Shown here in pieces: positions 10,147 to 19,800 of a stretch of DNA of 64,000 nucleotides (its first letter is position 1; each line of letters begins with the position of its first letter). Origin of the DNA: Alphaproteobacteria bacterium (GTDB lineage Bacteria; Pseudomonadota; Alphaproteobacteria; Micavibrionales; UBA2020); assembly GCA_025934695.1 (NCBI GenBank), contig JAICWS010000002.1:770230-834229 (forward strand). The letters are read 5' to 3'. The position numbers were made by a program, and so were the translations under genes. The notes below the pieces were generated by a model. The model saw nothing but the letters and a program-made list of their open reading frames with translations. It did no database searches and was not told the DNA's origin.

Positions 10147-13100
10147 TCAGTTCAGCTTCATCCACTTGTCGACGATGGAGCGGGTATCGTAATAGGTGGG
10201 GCGCAGCTTGCGCACGATATCGCCCAGCGTATCCATCGAGAAATTCTCTTTGGCCTGGCGCTCGAGCCGCGCGCCGAGCTCGCTGAGCGCGGTGAGGCCG
10301 AAGTTCGAGGTCATGCCCTTGATGTCGTGGCCGCGGCCGACGAGGGCCTTGGTGTCGCTGTCCTGGATGGCCTTCTCGGCGGCGCCGATCAGCTCCTCGG
10401 TTTTCTGGTACAGCCCGTCCATCATCTCGTCCATGGCGTCCTTGCCGAGGCTGCCTTTTAAGCCCCCCAATACGTCTATGCTGAACAGTTTCTGCTGCTC
10501 GAACTGGATCAGGTCCTGGGGCGAGGGGGCGGGCGCTGCAGCTGCAGCAGCGGGAGCGGCGGGCGCGGGCGCCGCCGATCCATTCAATCCATTCGCCGCC
10601 GGAGTGGCAGGAGCTTCGGCGGTCATTACGGCAGCCGCCGGTTCCGCAACGGGCGCGGCGGGGGCCGCAGGTGTCGCCGGCGCTGCTGGCGCTGCAGCTG
10701 CGGCCGATGCGGGGGCGGGAGCCGCAGGAGCCGCCGGACGTGGCGCGGCGGGAACAGCGGGAGGAGCTGCCGGGGCCGCAGGAGCGGCCGGCACGACCGG
10801 CTGCTGGTTCGGGTATTTGCGCTTGCCGAACTGGATCAGAAGCTTGCGCAGGGCTTCCGGGTTCACGGGCTTGCTGACGTAATCGTCCATGCCCGCGTCG
10901 CGGCAGCGCTGGATGTCTTCCTTGCGCGTATTGGCGGTCATCGCGATGACGGTGGTCTTCGACTTCACGGGGTCCGGCAGCCGGCGGATCATCTGCGTGG
11001 CGGTGACGCCGTCGATCTGCGGCATTTCCATGTCCATCAGCACGATGTCGAAAGGCTTGTCCTTGATTTCGGCCAGCGCCGGCTCCGCGCCGCCGACGGT
11101 GACGATCTTGTGGCCGTCTTTTTCGAGCAGCCCCGCCACCACGCGCTGGTTGATGATGTTGTCGTCAACGACGAGGATTTTCATCGGGATGACGCCCATC
11201 GCGGCTGCCTGCTGCGCGGCTTGGGCTTCCGTCACGCCGATATCCATCGAGAGGATGAAGTAGAAGACGGTGCCTTCGCCCATCTTGCTCGCGATCTGGA
11301 TCGACGAACCCATGGCTTCCACGAGGCGTTTGCAGATCGAGAGGCCGAGGCCGGTGCCGCCGAACTTGCGCGCTGTCGAGGCGTCGGCTTGCTGGTAGGG
11401 CTGGAACAGCTTCTTCTGCACGTCTTCGGAAATGCCGATGCCGGTGTCCTTGACGCCGAAGTAGATGCGCGGCTTCTTGGCCGTCTTGTCGTGCGCCTTG
11501 ATGATGACGGTCACGCCGCCCTTCTCGGTGAACTTGATCGCGTTACCGATCAGGTTCAGCAAAATCTGCCGCATGCGGTTCGGGTCGCCCTTGAGCACGA
11601 GCGGGCACTCGGGGTCGATTTCGGCCTTCAGGTAGATTTTCTTTTCCTCGGCGCGGCCCGACATCAGCAGCACGACGGCTTCGACCAGCTTGCCGAGGTC
11701 GAAGTCGATGTTCTCGATCGACATCTTGCCTTCCTCGACCTTGGAGAGATCGAGGATGTCGTTGAGCAGCGTCAAAAGCGCGTCGCCCGAGTACTGGATG
11801 GTCTTCGCGAATTCCTTCTGCTTGTCGTTGAGCGGCGTATCCAGCAGCAGGCGGATCATTCCCATGATGCCGGTCATCGGCGTGCGGATCTCGTGCGAGA
11901 TCACGGCCAGGAAGTCCGACTTCGCCTTGTTCGCCTGGTCGGCGGATTCTTTCGCGCGGCGCAGGGCGGACAGGCGCTCGGATTCTCTGTTGCGCAGGTC
12001 GGCCATCAGCTCTTTCTCGCGCTGCAACACGCCCAGCATGCGGGACTGGTCGGCGATTTCCTTGGTCTTGCGCAGCTCGTCCGCTTCCTCGCGGCGGCGC
12101 TTGGCCTCGGTCTGCTCGTGGCGCACCATCTCTTCGGAGACCGCCATGAAGCGCAGCGCCGAGAACGACAGGACCGTCAGGTGCAGGATGAAGAAGATCC
12201 AGTAGGCATAGGCGATCGTCGGCGTGTAATGCAGGATGCCCGCGTAAGAAAGCTCGGCGATAAGGCCGCCCGCCAGCAGCAGGCCCCAGGCGACGCCGTA
12301 GGTCATCGATTGCGGGCGGTTTCCCTTGATCGCCGTGGCGACGCTGAGGCCCAGCAGCAGGCCGGGGATCAGCACGCCGCCCAGGCGCGCGAACATCGTG
12401 GCGGCGATGCTCGAGGCGACGTCGGTGACAGCGGCAAGGCCGACGACGATGGGGATCGCGACGCTGACCAGAGTCAGGATGATGCGGTTCTTGTCCTTGC
12501 GGTGGCGGGAAAAGAGCACCTGACGCGAGATCATCATCGACGTGAAGGCCTGCAGCGCGTAGATGATGTCGAGGTACTGCGCCGTCGTGTTGTTGCCGTA
12601 GGGGACGATTTCGTCGCTCGCCATGTAAATGACGTATTCGAGCGAGACATAGGCGATCAGCAGCATCGGAATCGCATTGCGGTAATTGACCCAGAACACG
12701 AGGTAGATGCAGCCCGCCAGGATCGCGCCGACCTTGACGAAGTTGTTCCACATCGTCGTCTGGTCGACCTGCGTCTGGTAAACCGTGGGTTCTTCGAGCT
12801 GCGGGGCGAGAGACAGCGCCACGCCGGGCGCGGGCTCGATTTGCAGCGCGATGGTTTTCAGCTGGCCGGGCTCGAGGTTCAGGGGCAGCGCGTTGCGCTC
12901 CTGGCCCTGGATGTGCAGCTTGTTTTTCACGATGCGCCCGTCGGTCATCAGCGCATGTTCCGGATCGACGTCGGTATAGATCTTGAGGGAATTGACAACG
13001 CCGATGGTGCCCGTCGCGCGGTTGCCGAAGTCGAGGATCCAGCGGCTCTTGCTCTGGCTCAGGTTATAGACGCTGAAAATAAGCCAATAGGACGAGGACG

Positions 13101-13473
13101 AATAGCCGATAAAGACGGAATCCGCGTTCGGCGGCGCCACGCCGTCGCCGGCGCGATATTGCGGCAGCAGCTCCTTGAAGGTCAGCTGGTGCTGCGGATC
13201 GTTGAAGACGCGGATGGCCGAGGCGACGGGATAGACCGAGGATTTGCTCGACAGGTAGATCGGCTGCACCGCCGACGGAATTTTCTGCGGCGCCGCCGCG
13301 CTATAAGTCGGCGTGAAGGTGGGCGCCGGAACGTAAGGATGCTGCGGAATGGCGGAAGCGGGGACAGGCTGCGCGGTTGCGGGCGCCTGCGTCTGGGCAA
13401 AGCTTTGCCCTGCCCAAAAGCTGAGCATCATGGCCAAGGCCAAGCACCGAAGATAGAACCCCAAAGTCCCCAA
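10147..13473 (-). CDS. Hybrid sensor histidine kinase/response regulator with 7TMR-DISM-type input, REC and HPt domains
   Basis: Signal peptide plus a periplasmic domain, then about 7 TM helices and a coiled coil. H-box [11 protein letters not shown]-boxes DTGIGI and [11 protein letters not shown] (ILVVDDN...[14 protein letters not shown]), a Pro/Ala linker of about 100 aa, and a C-terminal HPt ([12 protein letters not shown]). The track start is TTG. An ATG alternative lies at 13431. Confidence 0.9.
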   Translation of the reverse strand: MGTLGFYLRCLALAMMLSFWAGQSFAQTQAPATAQPVPASAIPQHPYVPAPTFTPTYSAAAPQKIPSAVQPIYLSSKSSVYPVASAIRVFNDPQHQLTFKELLPQYRAGDGVAPPNADSVFIGYSSSSYWLIFSVYNLSQSKSRWILDFGNRATGTIGVVNSLKIYTDVDPEHALMTDGRIVKNKLHIQGQERNALPLNLEPGQLKTIALQIEPAPGVALSLAPQLEEPTVYQTQVDQTTMWNNFVKVGAILAGCIYLVFWVNYRNAIPMLLIAYVSLEYVIYMASDEIVPYGNNTTAQYLDIIYALQAFTSMMISRQVLFSRHRKDKNRIILTLVSVAIPIVVGLAAVTDVASSIAATMFARLGGVLIPGLLLGLSVATAIKGNRPQSMTYGVAWGLLLAGGLIAELSYAGILHYTPTIAYAYWIFFILHLTVLSFSALRFMAVSEEMVRHEQTEAKRRREEADELRKTKEIADQSRMLGVLQREKELMADLRNRESERLSALRRAKESADQANKAKSDFLAVISHEIRTPMTGIMGMIRLLLDTPLNDKQKEFAKTIQYSGDALLTLLNDILDLSKVEEGKMSIENIDFDLGKLVEAVVLLMSGRAEEKKIYLKAEIDPECPLVLKGDPNRMRQILLNLIGNAIKFTEKGGVTVIIKAHDKTAKKPRIYFGVKDTGIGISEDVQKKLFQPYQQADASTARKFGGTGLGLSICKRLVEAMGSSIQIASKMGEGTVFYFILSMDIGVTEAQAAQQAAAMGVIPMKILVVDDNIINQRVVAGLLEKDGHKIVTVGGAEPALAEIKDKPFDIVLMDMEMPQIDGVTATQMIRRLPDPVKSKTTVIAMTANTRKEDIQRCRDAGMDDYVSKPVNPEALRKLLIQFGKRKYPNQQPVVPAAPAAPAAPPAVPAAPRPAAPAAPAPASAAAAAPAAPATPAAPAAPVAEPAAAVMTAEAPATPAANGLNGSAAPAPAAPAAAAAAPAPSPQDLIQFEQQKLFSIDVLGGLKGSLGKDAMDEMMDGLYQKTEELIGAAEKAIQDSDTKALVGRGHDIKGMTSNFGLTALSELGARLERQAKENFSMDTLGDIVRKLRPTYYDTRSIVDKWMKLN

Positions 13474-13507
13474 AAAAAACCCCCAAACGGTCTTTCAGGA
13501 AGGCAGC

Positions 13508-13636
13508 TTAAACGAGAAGAAACGTCACAAAGGCGACGATGACGGCGATGACCACGATGGATGCGGCGGCGGCATGCGTGAAATTCACCCAGCCTTGCCA
13601 TGCTTTCTGCGTATCTTTATCCATTCTCATTTCCAT
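13508..13636 (-). CDS. 42-aa single-pass membrane protein (not in the ORF track); possibly aa3 oxidase subunit IV-like
   Basis: ATG 13636 is preceded by GAGAGG about 10 nt upstream. Product is MEMRMDKDTQKAWQGWVNFTHAAAASIVVIAVIVAFVTFLLV. GC-rich third codon positions. The pattern D-x3-Q-x3-G-(F/W) followed by a TM helix recalls PF07835-type subunit IV. Confidence 0.45.
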   Translation of the reverse strand: MEMRMDKDTQKAWQGWVNFTHAAAASIVVIAVIVAFVTFLLV

Positions 13637-13816
13637 CGGGTCGCTACCTCTCTTCGTTACCGCTAAAAGAACCGTTAGCCTTTTAAGATAATGGCCTTCA
13701 CGCGGATACTCAACAATACCATGATATTTTTAACAAAATATGACTGGAATATCTGGATTTTATGCGGGGCGCCGCGTATCTTCACTCCACGAATCTCACA
13801 TCGGCCCGGTTGCGTT

Positions 13817-15418
13817 ATGTCAAAAAAATTTCCAGCGCTGCTGTTTATCGCTATCTATTTGATATTCCTAAGCTCGCTCGGAAGCGCCCACGCCGCGGTC
13901 GGCCCTAAAAATGGCGATACCTGGGTTCCGGCGCCCGCTGCGCCCGCACCGGTCGACAAAGATCCGCTCACCGTGGCCGACATGGTCGTCGATAAAACCG
14001 CCGCCAATTCCGTCGCCGCGCGCGACCAGGCCATTGCGGACGCGCCCGCGCTCGCTTTTCATAAGCTTGCCGAGCGCAACATGACGGACAAGCAACTCAA
14101 GTCGCTTAAAACGCCGAAAAACGTATCGTCGCTCGTACAGGATCTCGAAATCAAGAACGAGCATATGTCTTCCACGCGCTATGTGGCGAAATTCACGGTA
14201 CGTTTCAGCGATGCCGTGCGCAATTACATCGACATTCGCGAAACGCCCGTCGCTTCCGTTGCGAACGCAGGGCAGCCCGACGTGAACGGCGGCGCGGCCG
14301 AGACTGATGAGGGCGCCGGCGAGGAAGATGAAAACATGGTCGGCGAAGAACCCGCCGGCACCCCGGACCAGAACGGCGTCATCTGGAACGACGCCAGCGC
14401 GAAGCCCGTGGCACCCACGGCACCGGCGGCGCCCGCATCGCCGCCCGCGGCTGCCGAAGCGCTCGGACATACCGTATTGATCCTTCCTTATTACGAGGAT
14501 ATGGCGGGACAGACCGTGCTGTGGGAAGACCCAAACCCCTGGCGCCGCATCTGGCAGAACGCGCTTCCCTCGGGGACGCTCGGCAAGACCCAGTTAGTCG
14601 TGCCGCTCGGCGATGTCGACGATATTTCAGCCGGCCCCGCCAATGCTGTCTGGTCGGGCGACTACGGTCCCGTGGAAAAACTGCGCCAGCATTATAATGC
14701 CGATGAAGTCCTGCTGCTCGCCGCCAATAAATCCGGCAGCTCCATGACGGTCGATGTGTACAGCTATCACGAGGGGCACTTCCGCCATACCGGCTCGATC
14801 ACGCCCTTCGTGGGCGAGAAGACGGAAGTCGAAGCCTTCCGCCAGGCGCTCGCCGATACGCTGCGCTACCTCTCCGCCGCAAAACAGTCCGCGCCGGCGG
14901 CGCCGCACGGCCGTCACCCGTCGCTGGAAACTATCTCGCATGAAGTGACCCGCGAAGCGCCGACCACCGTCGTCGACGGTTCCACGCCGCCGGGTCCCGC
15001 ACGTATGCCGGGCACCCTGATCCTGAAGCCCTACGGCGCGCCGCAGCCCTATGCGCCGCCCCTGCAACAGCCGATGCCGCAGCCAGCGCCTTATGCCGCG
15101 CCCTATTATGTGGCGCCTGCCGCGCCGGCACCCATGGCGCCTCCGCCCGCGGCGATGAATGGCGGTCGCGCCCAGCTCTCGGCCACGGCCCGCTTCGGAG
15201 ACTTCCGGTCCTGGATGGAGCTGCAAAAGCGCCTGAGCAGCATGTCGCCGATGGTGGGGGTGGATATCCGTTCCATCAACAGCAACAGCGCCGAAGTGAC
15301 GCTCAGCTATTCGAGCTCTCTCGAAGCGCTGCGCGGGGAGCTGGCGACCCGCGGCGTCGCGCTCAGCCTGCCGCCCTCTCCGGGCTCGACCGCCTTCAGC
15401 CTGCAACTCGCCAACTGA
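13817..15418 (+). CDS. Secreted protein, DUF2066-like, with Pro/Ala-rich linkers
   Basis: Start placed at MSKKFPALLFIAIYLIFLSSLGSAHA (signal peptide). Translationally coupled to hdaA (TGATG at 15416-15420). DUF2066 genes neighbour hda in other proteobacteria (from memory). The family call is tentative. Confidence 0.65.
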   Translation: MSKKFPALLFIAIYLIFLSSLGSAHAAVGPKNGDTWVPAPAAPAPVDKDPLTVADMVVDKTAANSVAARDQAIADAPALAFHKLAERNMTDKQLKSLKTPKNVSSLVQDLEIKNEHMSSTRYVAKFTVRFSDAVRNYIDIRETPVASVANAGQPDVNGGAAETDEGAGEEDENMVGEEPAGTPDQNGVIWNDASAKPVAPTAPAAPASPPAAAEALGHTVLILPYYEDMAGQTVLWEDPNPWRRIWQNALPSGTLGKTQLVVPLGDVDDISAGPANAVWSGDYGPVEKLRQHYNADEVLLLAANKSGSSMTVDVYSYHEGHFRHTGSITPFVGEKTEVEAFRQALADTLRYLSAAKQSAPAAPHGRHPSLETISHEVTREAPTTVVDGSTPPGPARMPGTLILKPYGAPQPYAPPLQQPMPQPAPYAAPYYVAPAAPAPMAPPPAAMNGGRAQLSATARFGDFRSWMELQKRLSSMSPMVGVDIRSINSNSAEVTLSYSSSLEALRGELATRGVALSLPPSPGSTAFSLQLAN

Positions 15419-16089
15419 TGGGCGCCAAACAGCTTCCCTTTGATCTTCCGCATCGCAGCGCCTATGCGCGCGAAGATTTATGGGTTTCACCTGCCAATGC
15501 GGACGCCGTGGCCTGGCTCGACAAATGGCCCGACTGGGGCGCGCCGGCGCTCGTGCTGTACGGGCCGCCCGCCTCGGGCAAGACGCACCTGTCCTGCGTC
15601 TGGCAGAAATCCTCGGGCGCCGTCCTGTGGACGCCGGCGACGCACGGCGGCGACATGCCGAAGAGTGTCATTGTTGACGGCGCCGAAAAATACGCAGGCG
15701 ATGAAAAATGCGAAACGGCTCTGTTTCACCTGTACAACCGGGCGAAGGAGCAGGGCGGCCACATCCTGTTCACCGCGGCGACTCCGCCCAAGGAATGGCA
15801 TTTCGCGCTGCCCGACCTCAAGTCCCGCCTGCTGGCCGCGCCCGCGGTCGCCGTCGGCTCTCCCGACGAGCAGACGATGGCGGTCGTTTTGTCGAAGCTC
15901 TTCTCCGACCGGCAGATTTTCGTCCCGCAGGACGTCGTACAGTTCATCCTTGCCCGCGTCGAGCGCTCGTTCAAGGCGCTGCGCGACGTCGCCGACGCGG
16001 TCGATCGCAAGGCGCTCGCGGAAAAGCGCCCGGTCACGATTCCCCTCGTGCGGGAAATCCTGCAGGAGCAGGGAACTCTGCTTCCTTAA
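15418..16089 (+). CDS. hdaA: DnaA regulatory inactivator HdaA
   Basis: N-terminal clamp-binding-type motif QLPFDL, Walker A GPPASGKTHL, and a DnaA-like AAA+ core of about 220 aa. Confidence 0.9.
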   Translation: MGAKQLPFDLPHRSAYAREDLWVSPANADAVAWLDKWPDWGAPALVLYGPPASGKTHLSCVWQKSSGAVLWTPATHGGDMPKSVIVDGAEKYAGDEKCETALFHLYNRAKEQGGHILFTAATPPKEWHFALPDLKSRLLAAPAVAVGSPDEQTMAVVLSKLFSDRQIFVPQDVVQFILARVERSFKALRDVADAVDRKALAEKRPVTIPLVREILQEQGTLLP

Positions 16090-16198
16090 CCAAATTTTAG
16101 CCATCCCGGATTTGCCTAAAATGCCGATGATCGGAGAAAAGGCAAAGCGAAACAACGCCAGTGCCGTTGAATCCCGACAATTTCGCTCAGATTGTCGG

Positions 16199-16217
16199 CG
16201 CGTTTTAATAAAACGCG
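16199..16217. promoter_or_regulatory. Perfect 9-bp-arm palindrome upstream of the RTX gene
   Basis: CGCGTTTTA-A-TAAAACGCG lies in the AT-rich hdaA/RTX intergenic region, about 100 nt upstream of ATG 16318. It could be an operator or a hairpin. Confidence 0.3.
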
Positions 16218-16317
16218 ATGGAAGATTTACCGGAGCTTCAACCGGTTTTGATATTCTGGACTTATTCGTTCTCAAGAAAAATAATAATCGCACACAAAAA
16301 ACGGCAGGGGAAATACC

Positions 16318-16884
16318 ATGTCAAACCAGGGACACACATCGGACACGTTGACGCATCACAGCATGCAGGGCGGCGGCGGCAAAACCAGCGGCGGCTCGAC
16401 TGTCATGGACGGAACATCGGGAAATGACTTTCTGACGGCGCCGGACAGCAGCAACTGGACGCTCAATGGACTGGACGGAAACGACAACCTGACCGGCGGA
16501 AAGGGCAACGATACGCTCAATGGCGGCACCGGCAACGACATGCTGGATGGCGAAGGCGGGCATGACATGCTGACCGGCGGCACGGGCGCCGACACCTTCG
16601 TCTTCGACAGCAATGCGGCGGGCAAAGGCGGCGACGACGTCGTGACCGACTTCAACATGCTGGACGGGGACGTCATCGATATCCAGAGCGTCGTGTCGGG
16701 CTTCGACCCCAACAACCTCGCGAACTTCGTGCAACTGACCGACGACGGCAACGGCAATACGATCGTTTCGGTAAATACCGGCAACACGCATCACGCGCAT
16801 TTCGAACAGGTCGCGACGCTGGAAGGCGTGACCGGCCTTGACGAAAGCGCGATGTTCTCCCGCGGCGCTCTTCTCGTCAACTGA
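16318..16884 (+). CDS. Calcium-binding RTX-repeat protein with a type I secretion C-terminal target domain
   Basis: Tandem GGxGxD nonapeptides (GGKGNDTLNGGTGNDMLDGEGGHDMLTGGTGADTFVF). The C-terminal block DVIDIQ...FVQLTDDGNGNTIVSVN resembles the VC_A0849-type T1SS target domain. Confidence 0.85.
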   Translation: MSNQGHTSDTLTHHSMQGGGGKTSGGSTVMDGTSGNDFLTAPDSSNWTLNGLDGNDNLTGGKGNDTLNGGTGNDMLDGEGGHDMLTGGTGADTFVFDSNAAGKGGDDVVTDFNMLDGDVIDIQSVVSGFDPNNLANFVQLTDDGNGNTIVSVNTGNTHHAHFEQVATLEGVTGLDESAMFSRGALLVN

Positions 16885-16926
16885 TCTTCATTCTTCGCAC
16901 TTCGCCTGGCTTGGGCTCCAGCCTTC

Positions 16927-17424
16927 CTACAGGGGAAGGCGGGGGCCTCCCGGCGCGGCGGCTTTCGTCCGCGCGCGCGATTGCGTAGGATGCGGCAGCA
17001 GGGCCAGCGCCTTTATGAAGCGCGCCTTCGCATTGAAGGATGCAAGCCGCGAATGGGCCGCCCGCATCAATGACGGCGCCGGGGACGCGGCGACGGTCAG
17101 GAGTGGGGCCTTTTCGGCTTTACGCTGCTCAATCGTGCGAAGCCCCTTTTGATGCAATGCGTGGAACGCCTTCTGCAACACGACGGATTTCGCCGCCATC
17201 GCCACGCCGAAAACGATGCTCGAAACGCCGGCCGCGCCCGCGAACGGCACGGCGATGCCCGCCGCTTTCAAGCCCAATACGCCCAGGCCGAGCGCGACGC
17301 CGCCGCCCCAAAACAACACGCCGCTGGCGCACCACAGCTCCGCCCCGCGCGCGAAGCTCGTCGCGACGTGAAGCTGCCGGTCCGACAGGTGGCATTTCGC
17401 CAGGATGGTTTCCTTGAAAGGCAT
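16927..17424 (-). CDS. Hypothetical membrane protein
   Basis: Start placed at MPFKETIL. Gly/Ala-rich predicted TM helices (VLFWGGGVALGLGVLGL, VSSIVFGVAMAA). No recognisable family and no clear SD. Confidence 0.35.
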   Translation of the reverse strand: MPFKETILAKCHLSDRQLHVATSFARGAELWCASGVLFWGGGVALGLGVLGLKAAGIAVPFAGAAGVSSIVFGVAMAAKSVVLQKAFHALHQKGLRTIEQRKAEKAPLLTVAASPAPSLMRAAHSRLASFNAKARFIKALALLPHPTQSRARTKAAAPGGPRLPL

Positions 17425-17539
17425 GAAATCCCGATCCAAAAATCGGAAATAAATTACCATAATATATGCGAAAGCGCAATTTAAATATGTTCCGCCAATT
17501 CCGGCGGTTTTTTGGGCGCGGAGGGGAGGCTGGACAGGG

Positions 17540-17746
17540 TCAGGCGATAATGTCGGGGAGCAGCATGCTCTCGATCTTGGAAATCGAATCTTTCAGGAAC
17601 AGCTTGCGCTTCTTCAGGCGCTGCATGCGCAGAAAATCCACAGGCGTCGCGTCACCCAACTGCTGGATAATGATATCCAGGTCGCGGTGTTCGGTGCGGA
17701 GCTCTTCGAGCATCTTGCTCAGCTCTTCTTCTTCTTCCTGCATCAT
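17540..17746 (-). CDS. DUF465 (YdcH-like) small protein
   Basis: 68 aa. Pattern LEELRTEHRDLDIIIQQL...RLKKRKLFLKDSISKIE is typical of DUF465. Confidence 0.8.
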   Translation of the reverse strand: MMQEEEEELSKMLEELRTEHRDLDIIIQQLGDATPVDFLRMQRLKKRKLFLKDSISKIESMLLPDIIA

Positions 17747-17917
17747 GAAGCGGTGCGGATCGTCCTTTAAAAGCGAAAATATATTATCAGGAAACCCTTG
17801 TTTTTTTAAGCTTTATTTGTTGCAATTGACCCTCAATTAAAGCAATTTGCCCCTGTCTTGGCGAAAGACAAGGGACTCTTGCCAGTCTAGACCACAAAAG
17901 TTAAGGAAATTATAAAA

Positions 17918-19003
17918 ATGGCGAAGAAAAAGCGGATCGGCATTCTGACCAGTGGGGGTGATTGCGCCGGCCTGAACGCTGTGATCCGGGCGGTCGTGCA
18001 TGCCGCCACGGAAAAAGGGTGGGAAGTCATCGGTCTTGAGGACGGCACCGCAGGCTTGCTCGACCGGCCGCTACGCTACCGCGTTCTTTCCAAAACCATG
18101 TTCGATACGACGATCATGCGCTTAGGGGGAACCATTCTCGGCACGACGAACAAAGGCAACCCGTTCCAGTTCCCCATGGGCGACGGCTCCATGAAGGATC
18201 GCTCGGGGGAGATCATCGACGGCATCCAGCAGCTCGGCCTCGACGCGGTCATCGGCATCGGCGGCGACGGCTCCATGGCGATCCTGCGCAAGCTGGCCGA
18301 GCGTGGCAAGTTCGGCCTCGTCTGCGTCCCCAAGACGATCGATAACGATGTCGGCATGACGGAAATGTCGGTCGGTTTCGAGACGGCGTTGTATGTCGCC
18401 ACGGAAGCGCTCGACCGCCTCCAGCCGACGGCGGCCAGCCATGACCGCGTCATGGTGCTTGAAGTGATGGGCCGCGACGCGGGCAACATCGCGCTCTCGA
18501 CAGGCATCGCGGGGGGCGCGGACGTCATCCTGATCCCCGAGATCCCCTACGACATTAACAAGGTCGCGGAAAAGATCATCCATGTGCGCGACAAGGAACA
18601 ACGCAACTTCGCGCTCTGCGTCGTGTCCGAGGCGGTGAAGACCGTCGAGGGCGGCGCCAAGCAGATGGAATTCCGCGGCGGCGAAAAGCGCTATGGCGGC
18701 ATCGGCTATTACATCGGCGAGCAGATCGCGGAAAAGACCGGCTTCGAAACGCGGGTGACCGTGCTCGGCCACGTCCAGCGCGGCTCGGCGCCAATCCCTT
18801 CAGATCGGTTGGTCGCGGCCGCCTTCGGTGTGAAGGCGGTGGAGCTTGTCGCCGCCGGAAAGTTTGACAGAATGGTGGCCTGGTCGAACCGCCAGGTCAT
18901 CGACGTTCCCATCGAGGAAGCCATCGCCAGCTATCAGCAGGTCGACGTCAAAGGCCCGCTCGTGCACACCGCCCGCATGCTGGGCATTTGCCTTGGCGAT
19001 TAA
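17918..19003 (+). CDS. pfk: 6-phosphofructokinase (PfkA family; phosphoryl donor ATP or PPi not resolved)
   Basis: Motifs GILTSGGDCAGLNAVIRAVV, IGGDGS, PKTIDNDV and MGRDAG. The Lys in PKTIDND is seen in PPi-type and group-III enzymes, whereas GGDGS is ATP-type. Confidence 0.93.
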   Translation: MAKKKRIGILTSGGDCAGLNAVIRAVVHAATEKGWEVIGLEDGTAGLLDRPLRYRVLSKTMFDTTIMRLGGTILGTTNKGNPFQFPMGDGSMKDRSGEIIDGIQQLGLDAVIGIGGDGSMAILRKLAERGKFGLVCVPKTIDNDVGMTEMSVGFETALYVATEALDRLQPTAASHDRVMVLEVMGRDAGNIALSTGIAGGADVILIPEIPYDINKVAEKIIHVRDKEQRNFALCVVSEAVKTVEGGAKQMEFRGGEKRYGGIGYYIGEQIAEKTGFETRVTVLGHVQRGSAPIPSDRLVAAAFGVKAVELVAAGKFDRMVAWSNRQVIDVPIEEAIASYQQVDVKGPLVHTARMLGICLGD

Positions 19004-19094
19004 CGGAACCTTAATTACAATCAAATAAAGTTAGGGTTGGGGTTTTGGGTCCCGCCTGATCTATGCGCCACGGGACCGCCTTGAGGGGGTTCGC

Positions 19095-19733
19095 ATGCTT
19101 TACGTCCAGCAGTCATTAGGCCCGAAAGAAGAGATTCTGATGGCGGCGCGCTTCCATTGGATGTACACGCTGCAGGCGATTTTCTGGATCCTCTTCGGCC
19201 TGGCCATGGGCATCATGCTGGGCTGGGTCGCGATCTGGTGGGTGGTCACGCAGGAGATGCGCGACTATACCGGCGGCGCCGATGTCGATGACAAGACCTA
19301 CCAGCTTCTGTGGCGCAAGATCGTCCACGAGCACGGCGGCTACCTGAAGATATTGTGGAGCCTGCACTTCCTCGTGCGTTTCGGCATCCTGTTCCTGTTC
19401 CTGCTCGGTCTCTGGTTCTTCGCCCACATGATGGTGGTGAAGGCCACGACCGAGATCGCGGTCACGACAGAGCGTCTCATATATAAGAAGGGACTGATCG
19501 CCCGACACGTGGGCGAACTGAACGTCGACCGAATAGAAGGCGTGTCCGTCCGGCAGGACGTGCTGGCCCGATTATTCGGTTACGGGCGGGTCTGCGTCCG
19601 AGGCATGGGGGTGGGCGAGGTCCTGCTGCCGCCGATCGAACAGCCGATCGAGTTCAAAAAGGCCATCCATGAGGCCAAGGACACCAAGGAAAAGGCCGGC
19701 CTTATGCGCAAGGTCAGTCCCGACGACTTCTAA
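19095..19733 (+). CDS. Membrane protein with a bacterial PH domain (bPH_2/YdbT-like)
   Basis: Two TM pairs flank the segment TTEIAVTTERLIYKKGLIARHVGELNVDRIEGVSVRQDVLARLFGYG. Confidence 0.8.
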   Translation: MLYVQQSLGPKEEILMAARFHWMYTLQAIFWILFGLAMGIMLGWVAIWWVVTQEMRDYTGGADVDDKTYQLLWRKIVHEHGGYLKILWSLHFLVRFGILFLFLLGLWFFAHMMVVKATTEIAVTTERLIYKKGLIARHVGELNVDRIEGVSVRQDVLARLFGYGRVCVRGMGVGEVLLPPIEQPIEFKKAIHEAKDTKEKAGLMRKVSPDDF

Positions 19734-19800
19734 CCCTCTATTGACATAAATATGCCAGCTTTGTTATCCTGCAGGGCGATCAAAAACCTGCGGAATAGCC

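Noticed and set aside
10513-10809. Quasi-repetitive GC-rich tract, considered as a tandem repeat, CRISPR or minisatellite
   Set aside because: It lies in frame inside the hybrid kinase and encodes a Pro/Ala linker. It has no constant repeat unit or spacer periodicity, so it is not a CRISPR array.
11110-13542. 810-aa plus-strand ORF (and 11543-12751 minus, out of frame)
   Set aside because: It is antisense or out of frame to the hybrid histidine kinase, which has H-box, G-box, REC and HPt motifs in the chosen frame. The alternative products are Arg/Asp/Gly/His-rich strings.
13691-13816. 5' extension of the DUF2066-like gene, and similar long track starts for kdpE (2754), ctaC (28766), pyrD (39621), yejF (50426), the DUF882 gene (20932), the K+ channel (21662), SURF1 (35838) and DUF983 (33866)
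   Set aside because: In each case an internal start gives a canonical N-terminus (a signal peptide or a conserved family start). It also removes overlap with the upstream gene or with AT-rich promoter DNA.
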